NCBI GenBank assembly: GCA_001949185.1
Contig: BDGG01000008.1
Location: 1,612,001 to 1,676,000, forward strand
Length of the DNA stretch: 64,000 bases
Origin: Ramazzottius varieornatus
Lineage: Eukaryota > Animalia > Tardigrada
Reading direction: 5' to 3'
The notes under the pieces are model-generated. The model made no database searches. It saw nothing but the letters and a program-made list of their open reading frames with translations, and was not told where the DNA came from. Positions 25,653 through 38,181 of the stretch are shown piece by piece. The stretch's first letter is position 1, and each line of letters starts with the position of its first letter. Position numbers and translations under genes: made by a program.

Positions 25653-26380
25653 CTTCCTGTTATGCTGTTTGGCGATGATGCTCCAGACTTAGATCTTAAT
25701 CTGTTAGTCCAAGATCTTATTTGTTAGTCCAACAAAATCGAGATTTGAGAAACAGGATTCCAGGAAAAATGAGGGCCGGATATTATACAGATTTCGAAGT
25801 GACCCGCACTAAGAATTAGCACAATCCAACACGCACAGGAACATCGTGACATCAAGGTGCAAGTTCGTCTCGTACGCGCTGTGTCGAAAGATAGACCTGG
25901 CAATAGAGAGGTTGGTTATTTACCACTCGTCTACCAGCGTATCACGTCAATCAACACGCGCGTGAACGTCCAATCAAGCAACAGCATTTCGGCAACGGCA
26001 GCAGGAAGAGTTTGTTTTGGATAAATCAAGAATCAAGCCGCAAGCGTATGTGTCGCGAGTCTCGCGAGTCGCGACGATAGATCGATAATTTACCTCCAAA
26101 GTTGAAATTGAATGGTGGTGAAGTTTTTGTCGTGCGTTCATCCTCACCCTAACAATCTGACCTCAGCAAAGCATCACGCAGGACGTTCAAGTAGCGGGAG
26201 CAGTTCATCTGGATAAGAAGGACTGGTAGTAGGCCAACATTACCTCCGGCGCTGGTCGTTACCGCGGATCCCTCGGGCAGAGGCAAGGCTACCTTGGAAA
26301 GGCGGCAAGAAAACCCCTGCTCAAACAGTTCGAAAGAAATTTGTGAGCGCTAAACATGGTATTGCTTCTACAGATCGAGG

Positions 26381-27049
26381 ATGTTTGTCAGGAGAGGCTT
26401 GTCTTCGACATTTTTGTGCGCTGTTGTGCTGATCGGACTATGGATGGAAGCTCAAGCTCAAAGCCCAATCCTGCCAACTGCTACACCTGTTGCTCCTGTC
26501 CCTGTTCGTCCCCATAAAGACCTACAAAGTCTCTCTCCAGGTTCAATCATACTCCTGGTGTAAGAAGAAACTCTGCTCGTCTGTGAAAAGTTTGAAAACT
26601 TTGACTTATCGTATGAACGGGGGAGAGGACCGTGTCCGCGAAGGCTAACCGGAAGCCATTTTTGTTTCAGGACCTTTTCTGGACTTCTTGTCTATTTCCT
26701 TGGTGGGATGTTGATTCGGAGGTTTATCGGCGGTGTGAGAGGCAACGAAGTCATTCCACACTATGATTTTTGGACCGATTTACCTTTGCTGATAAAAGTA
26801 AGGGTCTCTTTGCACGGCAGTGTGGACTGCCGAATGCTGATTGACAACTTTTGTTTGCATGTACAGTATATCTACGTGCTGTATCATATCATTTGCATTT
26901 GTTTGATCAAGTCACAATCAGAATTATGGTTGCTAAATGACACAAATTCTGAGCTTGTGTCATTTCACTAATTGCTTTCCTTTTCACAGGACGGAGCGAT
27001 GTTTTTATTTAGTGGATGTCGACCGGAAGTCGTCTACGAAAGAATATAG
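26381..27049 (+). CDS. 121-aa protein resembling the TM and cytosolic tail of CD-MPR/ATG27, with no luminal MRH domain
   Basis: Exons 26381-26559, 26671-26797 and 26990-27049 join in frame: signal peptide, Pro-rich stalk, LSPGSIILLVTFSGLLVYFLGGMLIRRFIGGVRGNEVIPHYDFWTDLPLLIKDG...YERI*. Confidence 0.8.
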
Positions 27050-27571
27050 GCTGACCTTGGACTAAGCAGGTATCTTCATAGACGAAGCGCGCTTCTTCTT
27101 ATGGAATCGTGCCACTCTGTTGCTTTTCTGGAAGACTTGCTTCAAATTGCGGAGCCTGGTCTTGGCCGAGCCTTTCCGTTTCTTCTCGCGTCTTCCGCCT
27201 ATTTGATGCCTCATAGTGTTTTCCTCTACAGCCTCTAATACTGGTATCCTGGATCTAGAAGTTTCGAAGCTCCAACAGTCGAGCTGTTTTTCACAAAAAC
27301 AATCTAGCGTTTTTCGTGTTGTTTTTTAGAGTTCTGTATCGGCCAAGTCTGATTTTCCAGCCTGCCGTTTCTAAGAGGAGGAGTTGCCCGTTTTTACTGC
27401 GTGATTGAGTTTTGCAGCTGTTGAGGAAGTTACTGAGAAGTCTCTAATATTCGTACGGATGGGGCTGTTGGCTCTCTGGCTGAAGGCGTTAGTTCGTCGT
27501 GCATTTCTCTGCCTCGTTTTTGATTCCTAGGAGACTGCGGGTATTTCTGCGTCTTCCAAACGTGTTTCGAG

Positions 27572-28940
27572 ATGGGGTCTTATTTTGGTTTCAGATTATC
27601 TGTCAGAAGTTTTGTTGGACGCGGCCTATTCAACATCCTCTTCTCTCTTTCACTGTGCTGTTCGCTTCTTGGTAAGCATCCTGCAGGACGTACACTTCGG
27701 TCTGGTTTCGCAGGTGGTGTGCGCAGTTACATCGAACCACCATTGCATTTACAGCTTGTTCACAGTGCTTCCGGTGTCAGCAACGAAAACACCGCGGTAC
27801 TTCTGCCCAGCTGAAGGATGGCAAAACAGCGGGGACACCTGCTACCATGTGCTGAAGCGAACCGCCAAGTGGGCTGACGTGCAGAGCGTCTGCGACCAGC
27901 TGAAAGCCCAGTTCGCGTACGTCGATGACAAGGAAGACATGGTCGGTTCTCGCGGAAATGTCTCTCAACATTGCTAGAATACTTCTGTCCAGCGCAAACA
28001 GGCGAAGACTAGCAGACTACAACTTTTTTTTCATCTTTCCAGAACGCGCTCGCAAAAGGCGCTGCTACGAGGGCCACACCATCAGTGTGGCTCAAAGGAA
28101 CCAACACGCAGCAAAGCAAAAGTGGTAACTTCGTGTGGCTAGATGCCATGTTGTCGGAGGTCGACCCCAATATAACGTAAGATAGGAGCTGAACTGGGCG
28201 TCCTGCAGACAAAACATTAAGATTATCGCGTCAAGTGGCGTACCCTTCCAGCCGATGACAATGGAAAAGTGCGCCACTGGAAATAACAATCTTGTACGTT
28301 TTCGTTTGAAGAGCTCCCAGTTGTCTGAGGTGGTGTTTGTGAAAACGAATATTTATGCGTGTGCTTGGATTCTAGTCCTTGGGCTCCTGGCTTTCCACCA
28401 AGCAAACAAAGCATCAACCAGTTCATCTACCTGAAGATAGACCTCGAGGCCAAAAGACCTGTCGGTCTGGCTTCCTCTTCCGGGTCGGATGAACGAAGTG
28501 TAGCTTGTATGTTGCCAGCCAAGATCAAACCTGATCGAGTAAAAGATGACGAAGAACTGTTTCTGCTGAAGGACGCTTCGGGAGTAGTTTATTCGAAATT
28601 TACCGGCTACAGTCCGAGGGTTGAGCGCGCAGCTCGTCGCAGGCGGCGCCACCATCGACGTCGACTCGAAGCGCAGTTCGCAGGACCTAGCGATGACGAC
28701 AGCCTCAGTCAGAATTGGGGTGAAACAAAAACCGGTGTAAAAGGAACTGCGAATGGATTGGGGCAGAAAATAACTGGAACTGCGAATGAAGTTGGGCGTC
28801 GAGGTAAGAATGCTGGGAAGGGTATGAAAGATGGAGCGGATAAAACCGGAGATGCGCTTTCCGGTGGAAACCTTTTACGTTGGACTAAGCGTAACCTTGT
28901 CGTTCTTCTCACCGTTTTCTTAGTATCTTGCTTCATGTGA
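27572..28940 (+). CDS. C-type lectin domain protein with polybasic linker, 11-mer repeats and hydrophobic C-terminus; 4 exons
   Basis: CPAEGWQNSGDTCYHV..KWADVQSVC, VWLKG, FVWLD, PWAPGFP and VAC match a CTLD pattern; N-terminal signal sequence; C-terminal LVVLLTVFLVSCFM. Confidence 0.8.
28232..28280. repeat. 49-bp palindromic element, 1 unit, lectin intron
   Basis: caagtggcgtac-N25-gtgcgccactgg. Confidence 0.88.
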
Positions 28941-29426
28941 TTAATTCTTTTGATTCTTCGAACCGTGGAGATGTACACCGGTTCCAAGCATAAGATCTTA
29001 GGTCGTCGGTAGATCGGTCTACAGGTGTCGGCTCAATATTTATCGACGGGAAGGCAATAGTGAGAATGACATCAGGGTTGTTAATGAGATAATCCTGTTT
29101 TGTCGTGAGAAGTGTCCTCCTCTAATTCATCTTCCAATAGCCATTGTTCTACTGGCGCGACGTGATTGTCTTTTCGAGACACCACCTGATGATAGTGGTG
29201 TGTTTACTCACTTCGCTGTTATCGCTTGCTCAACTAATCGTCTCGCTTAGCTGCAAGCCCGACAAATTATTGACAGCACCGCAAATCAAACAACCTCGAT
29301 ATTTTCTCGTCCATTGAAGTTTTTGAAACTTCCTGGTGCTTAATATCGACAAATCAAAGTCTGGAGGGATCGACAGATCAGTATCTGGAGCAAATCCTTT
29401 CAAATGAAGAAATCTCGTAAGCTTTT

Positions 29427-29545
29427 GCCTGCGACCTTACCACGTAGAATGTTCCCGATCCCGTTCGATCTCGGAAGATAAGCTACATCGGGCCCGGTTA
29501 GTACTTAGATGGGTGACCGCTTGGGAACACCGGGTGTTGCAGGCT
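29427..29545 (+). rRNA. 5S rRNA, single copy in this window
   Basis: 119 nt GCCTGCGACC...GATCCCGTTCGATCTCGGAAG...TTAGTACTTAGATGGGTGACCGCTTGGGAACACCGGGTGTTGCAGGCT; paired ends; T-runs downstream. Confidence 0.95.
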
Positions 29546-30237
29546 TCTTTTAATCTTTTTTGCCGAAGTCACCTCTTGGGTACGTTTATGCAAGACAATA
29601 TTACGAAGGATCGAGGAGTCGGGCGCCACCTGGGCCGCGTATCGCCTAAAGCACATCTGGTTGGAGATCTGAGAAGAGCCGCTCAATTACAGATGTCACT
29701 CCATCAAAGACACGTGTGATGTATGAAAAAAGAAGGTGCCCGAGTACAAAAGCTCTCTGAATGACTTGGAGATTACAAACAATACGATAAGTCGAATGGA
29801 ATACAGGCAGTAGGCAGCCTAATGCTGCCTCTTCGGTTTCACCATGATGTAAACCTAGATGATCATCGAGTGGTCACACGTGTGATTGCTGGTAAGACTT
29901 CACCTGCGATGGCGCCAGCACGTCGGGGAATGCAGTATTTGTATTTGACTGCCGGCTACTGGATACTTTGTGGCGCTCTGTCAGCTGTGTTCCTTGTCAT
30001 TCACAGCACCCACTGTTTGATTTCCCGGCATGTGGCCTGTCAAACATTTACAGCAAGTGTGTTCAACACCGCCATAATCTGGGCTCTAATCACAGGTCTG
30101 GCATGGGAACTGTCTCCTAACATATATATTTCCTACCTCAGGCATGTCTAAATCCACTGGAAAAAATGCAAATACGGCAACAGGTGAACCGCCTCAAGTC
30201 GAGCAAACTCGGTAAACGAAATCGGCGAAAACCTTTT

Positions 30238-30286
30238 CAACTGGCGCACGTGCTCAGCCAATAATACTGGATGCGTGCGTCGCTTA
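30238..30286. repeat. 49-bp palindromic element, degenerate unit, apparently intergenic
   Basis: caactggcgcac-N25-gtgcgtcgctta with remnants of the outer arms (gcaaactcgg at about 30203). Confidence 0.7.
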
Positions 30287-31646
30287 GGAAAATCTTCTCG
30301 TCAAGTTCAAAACTCATCTGAGATCTCATTCAATATGTACATAGCGGTGCACCGCCAGTGATACTGCATAATCTTCCGCTCTCCACGTAGCGCAGGTTGA
30401 AACTGATGACTGAGAACCTAGCCTCGAAGGTATAGAAGCGTGGATTTGCGCCCGAACGGACCAGGAGATCAGTGCCCGAGAACTGAAGTTATGGAAGTTT
30501 AGAAGACCAAAATGAACCACTCCACACAACTGGGCGTTTTAAAATGGAGGCTATTTTGAACAGCTACAAAGCAATTTTCGAGCAGCCGATCTAGAAACTC
30601 GACGCGTATGGCGAATGAAGCAATCGTCATGTCACAAGTGCGCATGTCAGCCATCTGAACGAAATGGACACCTGCGACGTTATTCCCGTCACGTTATTTT
30701 GAAGGCAACTGTCAAGATCGCATCTGGTGTTGCTCCATTCACAGCTCTTTTTGTGCAGATATGACAAGGCCGCACCACTCAGCTGGTAAAGAACAGACCT
30801 TGCGTTTGACAAAGCGCTAATTGCATCGGCCCGAAATATATGACGGAAAGGTCCCGTCTGACTTTCGCAGCTGTGCTGCTGCTGTTGGGACCAACCTTCT
30901 TAATTATTCCAACAACCATCTTCCAGTATTTCAACAACGTCACAAGTATATGCGTGTATCTGCTAACCAGCTGGACAAAACAGAAACTTGATAGACGTGC
31001 ATGAAGCTTCGTAAACTGCTGTCGTTCAGCTGTGTTCCTCATGTTTGATTGAAATGTACGTCAAGTTGGAATGTCTAAGCAAATTATGAAGTACCACATG
31101 TGCCGTCGATTATCGTATGTGCACCGGAATGGGTAGGTTTGCGTCCAAGGTTTTCAGCAACAAGGAAGTTACGTACAGCAGTTACAAATTTTAAACCCGA
31201 GCTTCGGTAAAGCAGGTTTTTCTTGATTCTGAAGATGTTCGGCCGGCAGAAGCATAGGAAAAAGGAACCGGTGAGATGCATATGGTTACTTAAAGTAAGC
31301 GGCGCAGATGCCAGCATTGCCAGCATCTGCCTGGCTGTTGTTCGCTATTGCCCGGTTTCAGGGATCCCCTCCTCAGAGTCCCTTATCCTACGCACATATT
31401 TCCACGCCTACCTCATAAATTAGCTGTTAAGTTAGATTCTGTCTCCATGTCCAGGTGTAAACGTCCGATGTATTAATTAGCGAACGTGAGAATAAAGCTT
31501 GACACCTGCAATCCTGCATTCAGGCGTGGCATTGCTTTGAAAGCCTAACGGAACTGACGCAGCTGGTCATGACTGTACAGACCGCAGAAAGAGCGTGGCC
31601 AAATCCGGTACGCTACTCGCTGCCACTGTACGAATCTTGCCTCCGT

Positions 31647-31654
31647 ATATAAAC
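31647..31654 (+). promoter_or_regulatory. Candidate TATA box of the emc/ID gene
   Basis: TATATAAA about 190 nt upstream of the ATG, with an Inr-like ATCAGT about 30 nt downstream. Confidence 0.55.
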
Positions 31655-31834
31655 CAGTCTGGAACATCTTCCGCGTATCAGTCGCTCCTTCATTAATCTG
31701 GAACTTCGAAGTCCTACAGGCTCAATTTTTTCCCCTGCTTTCTTGCCGTCCTGTAAATATCTTGCTGCAAACCTTTGGATGATACATTGGAAATTTCTGC
31801 GGAGTGATTGCAGATTCCCATTGTAGACGCTAAC

Positions 31835-32164
31835 ATGAAGGCCATGGTCATGCCCATATGCAAACCTCGTCCCGTTTCACCGCGCAAGGTATTCAAGTGC
31901 CAAGGAATAATCCGGAAGTCACGGAGATTTATCGAAGAAGGCGAAGAGATTGAAACCATGGAACTGCTCTTCCAGAAGCTGCTGTACATGATCCCTACCC
32001 TGCCCAAGGACCGCGAAGTCTCCCGTCTCGAGATCCTCCAACACGTCATCGAGTACATCCAGGATCTCGAATTCCAAGTCCAGTCCCACCCTGATGCCGG
32101 AAACCTTTGTTCTGGATTGACCTATCTGAGAATATCGCTGCAAAGTAACTCTTCTCACTGCTGA
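31835..32164 (+). CDS. emc: Extramacrochaetae/ID-family HLH inhibitor (no basic region)
   Basis: MKAM start; LFQKLLYMIPTLPKDREVSRLEILQHVIEYIQDLE is the ID-type HLH. Confidence 0.92.
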   Translation: MKAMVMPICKPRPVSPRKVFKCQGIIRKSRRFIEEGEEIETMELLFQKLLYMIPTLPKDREVSRLEILQHVIEYIQDLEFQVQSHPDAGNLCSGLTYLRISLQSNSSHC

Positions 32165-32849
32165 TTCCCGAATATTCATTTTTTACCCTGTGATGCTCGA
32201 GCGACATAGAAAATGTACACGGAAGTACGCCTGATCAAAGCTTTGGTCTGCTTGTGATAAAGCGTTAATTCTGGTTTTGTGGTTTGACTTGGCTTACTGA
32301 ATCCCTTCTGGCAATACTGTGCTTTGCCTAATTTATTACTACTTAATTTGAAAATACCCCAGGTTTTGGGACTTCAGAAAAAGCCGAATGATCAACCATC
32401 AAAATTCGACCAATTCTGTCTCACCCAGTTTTCTAATGGATACGCGGTCGGGTACTCGAACATTACCTCCTGAGCCGTTAGAAGAGCGAATATAATGGTG
32501 GAGATTACACCTGAGCGCGTACTGATATAAGTTAGAGAGTAGTGGTGCCGACGGAAGTGAAATTACAGATGGCAGCACTGCCAGTCGGGACTCCGAACTG
32601 CACGTCGAAGTACGTTTGCTTGCATTAGATTCTGGGTCTTTGTAGTGTAATTCTCGGAACTGAATAAGCAGCCCTTCCAGATACATCAATGATTCTACGC
32701 TCAAACGAATGAACTGCATCGAACGGCAGACAGAACAAGACTATCGTACTGTAGACGAAGAAAATTGCTATCGAAACGGTGTATGAATGATGCTCTCAAA
32801 GCATCAAACTGGATACCACGTGGTAAGAAAGTAAAGGAACGATTGATAT

Positions 32850-33186
32850 TAGAGCTAGCCCTGCAACGAGCCTTACGTTCTGCATTTTACTCCAGTGCAG
32901 TGCACTTTCAGTTAAGGGAATTTGAGAATAGTCCGGCGGAGTATACTCTTTCCGAAAAGAATAGTAAAATCAGTTTTTCTCGCATTTTTTGAACGGTTTC
33001 TATTGTTTTCGATCGGATCTCCGCAAAACAACCATGTTTGCTATGTATCTGTTATTTATTTCCGTTCAGCACGGTGCGGCTGCGGAAGATCAGAATTGTC
33101 AAATGCAGTGCAGTACAGTTGCAGTTTCCGGAGACTGGATGCAGTGCAGATGCAGCACGGGTTTTAGCTACTGCTGCTGGGCTGTA
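32850..33186. mobile_element. Degenerate copy of the hAT-type MITE at 40549-40940
   Basis: Collinear similarity: gccctgcaacg..cgttctgca, tagtaaaatcagttttt, aaatgcagtgcagtacagttgcagttt, agctactgctgctgggctgta. Confidence 0.8.
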
Positions 33187-36172
33187 ATTGACGTACTCTG
33201 CATAATGACCTTTCCATTGTGCAAGCTTGGAACTTCCTTGCTGAAGAGCTTGATTTGGTTTCCCTCTTCCAGTTTCCACCAATCGTAATAATAGACTTCT
33301 GTCCTGCAAGCGGACGTGGAATATATTAGACAACATAGATCTGCTCTTTGGTGGCCGCGGCCGGCCTATATCTTGTGTCGAACAGGACGGTTGTTTTTGA
33401 GAATTGCATGCCCTAATGCATAATGCATTGGTGTGCAACACCAGATGGCGCCATTTACAGTAACTGAGTACGCGGACGGGGTCCGGTTTTTGCCCTATTG
33501 TCTCTTTGTCTAATTAACTGACGGTACTAACCTCCATCTACGAAACGCCCAGACGAAAGCAACAGGTACCAAAAGACCTAACGCAACAAGGCCGACGTGA
33601 TCTGCCAATTGCAAGGAAAACCTCTTTAGCGACTTCGGGTTCGCAGATCACGAGGGACCATTCACACCATGTCACGCGCCGATCACAATACCAATGTATT
33701 TATGTCATAGCTGAGACTCTCGACTCTCTACAATGTATCGGGAAAAAGGCGAAGGACCACTTCCAAGCGCCACAGAAAATCCATTGATACCGTAATCGGC
33801 GAATGACATGGTCTGAATGGTCCTTCTTCAGTCCGATAAAGCGAGGCTTCACCGGCTTCAGTCGCTGCCGATCTCAAAGCCATCGGACATAACAGAAACT
33901 GCCCTTACTGTCAAGGTACAATTCCTCTGAGCAAAAGTCGATATATCCGCATTTTGGTCGATTTGGTGGTGGAAAAGCATAACCGTACCACTCGGTCGAC
34001 GAATTGGTTGATACCAACCCAATCTGCTTGCGCAACGCGTCATGTTTCCACACAGGCTGCAAAGTATTGATAGCGAAAATGCATTATATGCAAAACAAGC
34101 GCATTATTACGTATGTAATTACGTCAATACCTGGAAATTTCCGGAAAAGTTATCAAACCGGCAGAAGTATGAGTTTCTCAGGCGATAGGCGAGATGGTCT
34201 ATGCTGACATCTCGAGTTTCCAGATGAAAAGTCCGGTTTATCAGGGATCTGTACAGATCTTTAGTGAAAAATCCCTCAGGATGATTGTGCTCCAGCTCCT
34301 GCAACACCTGTAATAAAATACATTATCGTATCGCAACGATAATTGCTTTGGTTCCAATGCCAACCTGCAAGAGAGCCGAAGCTGCTTCGAATGCAGAGAA
34401 CCCAACGTCATTCATCTGCAAGGAGAAAACTGTGCACGCTGAATTTTCGCACATGCATTGTTCTCCTCCTTGATTCTTTGTTCCGATTTAGCCACTTCCC
34501 GAATGATATTGCTGGAGTTATGGCTGAACCGCCTGTGTTGTGTGCCGGGATACATTTGTACCTTGTCGTCCTTGCCGAATGTATAGTTGTATGTCTCTAA
34601 AGCGATACGTGCGGCCTCCGTGAAGACCGCGGTGCTGTGGAGCCGGTACGAGTAGTCGAAGCGCACGAAGATCAAAGGCTGGAAAATCTGCTCATTCACC
34701 TTTGAAAAAAATCAGCTAATAAATCATCAGCTGAGTTGCATGTGTCATCGTGTTGCAGACTAGGTGGGTCAGCACGTACCGTATCAGGAGGGTCGTTGGT
34801 TTCATCCAGAATATCCACGTGATGGAAGAACAAACACGATTGCAGGAAAAAGAACACCTGTTCCACATGAAAGTTGGGACCGATGGTTCAAACTTGATTT
34901 TGAAGCATTTGTGCAACGTTGCTCTTCTAATGCGTTGTTGAATCTGCTTACGAAAGTTCCATCTGTCATATTCAGACGATGTGCCGTTATCTGAAAAGTG
35001 AACCACAGTAGATGATGCTACGGGCACATCGGATCCGGAGTTGGTTAGGACGAAGTTTTAAGATCAAAATGGTTTTAGACGATGACACGGATTACTTTCG
35101 GTGATCTTACCATAATTTTGCGAACGATATCTTCTCGGGTTTCCAAGATGATTACACGTGAAAGACGCTTTGCTTTCAACAGCATCGTTTCATATTCTGG
35201 CAATCGCACAGAATCGATATCCTGATAGGATACGGTGAAGTTTTGTGAAGTCATCAACAGGCTCTTGATGCCACGCCCGATCACTCCAAAATATGCCGCC
35301 AGATTCAGGTAGTTGAACAGGCTCTCGCACAAAACACTGATTGTCGTCAGAGAATACTGCTCCAGAAACATCTTCAGCGCAGGAACTTGCCCACTTTTTC
35401 CACTTGGTCCGAAGGAAATGAAAGTTGGATAGCGCTGCTTATTCATCAAAAATGTATCGGATGAAGTGCTGAAAAATATCTAAACCTAACACCGAAGTTT
35501 CGATGGAAGAATAAAAGTACCGTACCTTGCAATCAATACCACGTTCATTTCTAAGAACCGACCAAACGTAATACTGTATCTAATATGTGGGAAGTGGTTA
35601 GATAAATTAAACCAGACCGTTACTGTATCTCATGTGGCGCACATTCTTACTGTTAATATTGGCTGTGAGCGTGCGCCACTTGGGAAAACGGTCTGGCCAA
35701 ATCATTTTTCCACGGTCGAAAGTCGACTACAATGTTTTTGCAGATAGAAAGGCCTTTTGCCTGAACCAAACAACGAAAATATGCACTATCTACCTCGTGC
35801 AAAGTCCGCCAGGTTCATCATTTCCAAACTACAGCCGGGAGCCAGCAAAACGGTCGGACCATCGTGACTGTCCAGCAAGTCGAAAAGTTTCCCGGCTACA
35901 TCCAACATGTCAGCTCCTGCGGCAGCACAATCTTTGACATTCTTTTGATACAAAACATGCTTTCTCGTCCTCGCAGATAATTCCGGGTACATTGTCGAAG
36001 CTCGTCGGAAGGCTAAGTCATACATGGGCGAAGTGGCGTAATATCCGTAACTGGGGTCTTCTCCAAGAACTAATATTACGATGTTTATAAGCTGGTTACT
36101 CGCTGAGTTAGTGGTCCTTGGAACTGCCACCACCAAAAGCACCAGTTTGAAGATCGACAAGATCGAATTCAT
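33168..36172 (-). CDS. Natriuretic-peptide-receptor/receptor guanylyl cyclase-type ectodomain plus TM and short tail; no kinase-homology or cyclase domain seen
   Basis: Signal peptide; LLAPGCSLEM, NKQRYPTF, PPPNRPKCGY juxtamembrane motif; TM HVGLVALGLLVPVAFVWAFRRW; last exon RTEVYYYDWWKL...TAQQQ*. Confidence 0.7.
35631..35682. repeat. Palindromic element, 1 unit (28-nt spacer), receptor intron 1
   Basis: catgtggcgcac-N28-gtgcgccacttg. Confidence 0.85.
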
Positions 36173-37189
36173 CCTTGAACGCCTCTGATCAGTGCGAAGA
36201 AGCCAGAAATCCAGAAAAACGTTGTGTCAGAAGTAAATACTAATCTTTGGCTTCCATGTCGTCCATCCAAAGTATTATCAAGAGCGAGGTGCGTCGGTTC
36301 ATCCTGTGTGTTTGTACAAGACCAACTGGATCCAACTAGATACTAGGTCTCGATTTGTATCTGACGCCCATGGGAAGTCGGTCGAAAACGATTGAGACGT
36401 TGTGCGTCAGTCCTCTGCCTAATACAGGATATAGTGAACAGCGATAAAGGTTTTTATCTGTGCTCGAAAGGGAAGTGGAAAACAGACGGGTTGCGTTCCT
36501 GTAACACCATGTTACGGGAGGCGCTTGAGATAAAACGGTTTTTGTCACAAAAGCGGCTCTAATTGACATTCGTAACTGCAACGATCGGATAAAAGAATAT
36601 CATTGCCCAGATTGGCATGAAGTGCAAATAGCGATTTGCGCGACAAAGTGCAGGAAGCAGTATTTTCATTTGTACCCGGCGGATGCGGTCGCCGTTAAAA
36701 GTAGCTATCAGTTCAGCAACCCATATCTTTTGATAGGTATCAAAACAAAAGCCCAGCAGTTTGTGTAGCCATCAATTCAGCAATCATTTGGTTTGTGTAG
36801 CTATGAAAACTACTACCGGGGTGGGTTGATTAATGGCGTAAAATGTACAATAGAACAGTAATGTCGCAAACGTGGAACAACGATGTCAACGCTGATTGGA
36901 GCAAAGGCTGGAAACGCGAACACGCCCATCGAATCGCATGACGTCTTAGCAGCAGGAAACAGGAAAAGAAGAGCAGTCAGAAGGACAGGACAATCGGCGG
37001 AGAAGACGCCAGGAATACTCGAGGCTTCTTCACGTGGCCTGCAACGAAACAGACAGTCAGTCAATCGGTGAATGAGCTGATGGCCCTTCATCAACTCAAG
37101 TTTTATTTTCGAGTTTTGTGAAAATAAAACTCGAGTTGATTTAGCAGTCTATTGATCGGACCACTCACACCGTTTTTCAACTCACCCTG

Positions 37190-38181
37190 CTACTACCTAC
37201 ATGTTTTTTTACCTACTTATCCAACTTTAAACATGTAGCCTCGCTTTTTACCTACATCATAACAGTCTATTTCTACGTGCGCCGTCACTAGTGATGTTCT
37301 AATATGGGTTAATGAGATCTAATATAATAAAAACAAATATCCGCCGTCCATCAAAGTTCTAATAAGTGACCACTACTATAGTAAAACGTCACCTGATTTA
37401 ATAAAATATTACTACAGTAGAACTTTCGGGGGTTTGTTTTTAAAATATATTTTAATATCGGAGAGCTCGACGGAAGATCTAAAGATTCAGAATCATAACC
37501 ATCAGATCAGCAAAAATACTGTAGTACAGCCTGCACCCTGCACCTGCACACTGTAACATGGCCGATTGAAGTGCCAGACTGTATGCAGGTGCACGATGTA
37601 CAAGGGTATCTATTCTGCAGTAGCCCTACTGTACTGCTGTGGAGGCATCATCATGGTGTGGCGCACTTTATAAGGCGTGGTGGCACATCGAGAAGCCAAC
37701 GCACGCGCATCAGAACTCAGCAAATCAACCAGTTTTTCGAATCAGCGGTAGCGTTAACCCGTATTAAAATTTATTTTACTATGGATGATGGACAACTTAA
37801 TAATAATAAAATATGGCATTTCCGGTTTCAAGCTACTAAAATATAAATATTGGAATGCAATGCCCAATTCTGTTTACTAAATATTACTAAATATAGTAGA
37901 TGCTAAAAACATCTACTATCATCTACTTTAATATAATATTACTATATTAGAACATCACTAGCCGTCACATGCAAGTATGGAACCGTTAGTCATGACGTCA
38001 TCGCACTGGCGAGTTAGACCGACGAAATGATCACGCCCACCAGTTTTCTGCTTTCCTTTGTTAGGAGGCAAGTAAAAACCGACTGTTTCGATGTAGGCAA
38101 AATTTGAGCCTACATGTTTACATGGACCCATGTGCCTACATGTGCCCAATAAGTAGGTGTAAAATCATGTACAGTAGGTTG
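37190..38181. mobile_element. Fold-back element with CCTACAT subterminal repeats, nested in the previous element
   Basis: tttttacctacatcataacagtc (37245) / gactgtttcgatgtaggcaaaa (38081); acctacttat / ataagtaggt. Confidence 0.6.
37289..37960. mobile_element. hAT-type MITE, 672 bp, perfect 8-bp target-site duplication
   Basis: TIR TAGTGATGTTCTAATAT / ATATTAGAACATCACTA; TSD GCCGTCAC at 37281-37288 and 37961-37968. Confidence 0.92.

Noticed and set aside
29822-30151. Hydrophobic 109-aa ORF
   Set aside because: No recognisable family or splice context.
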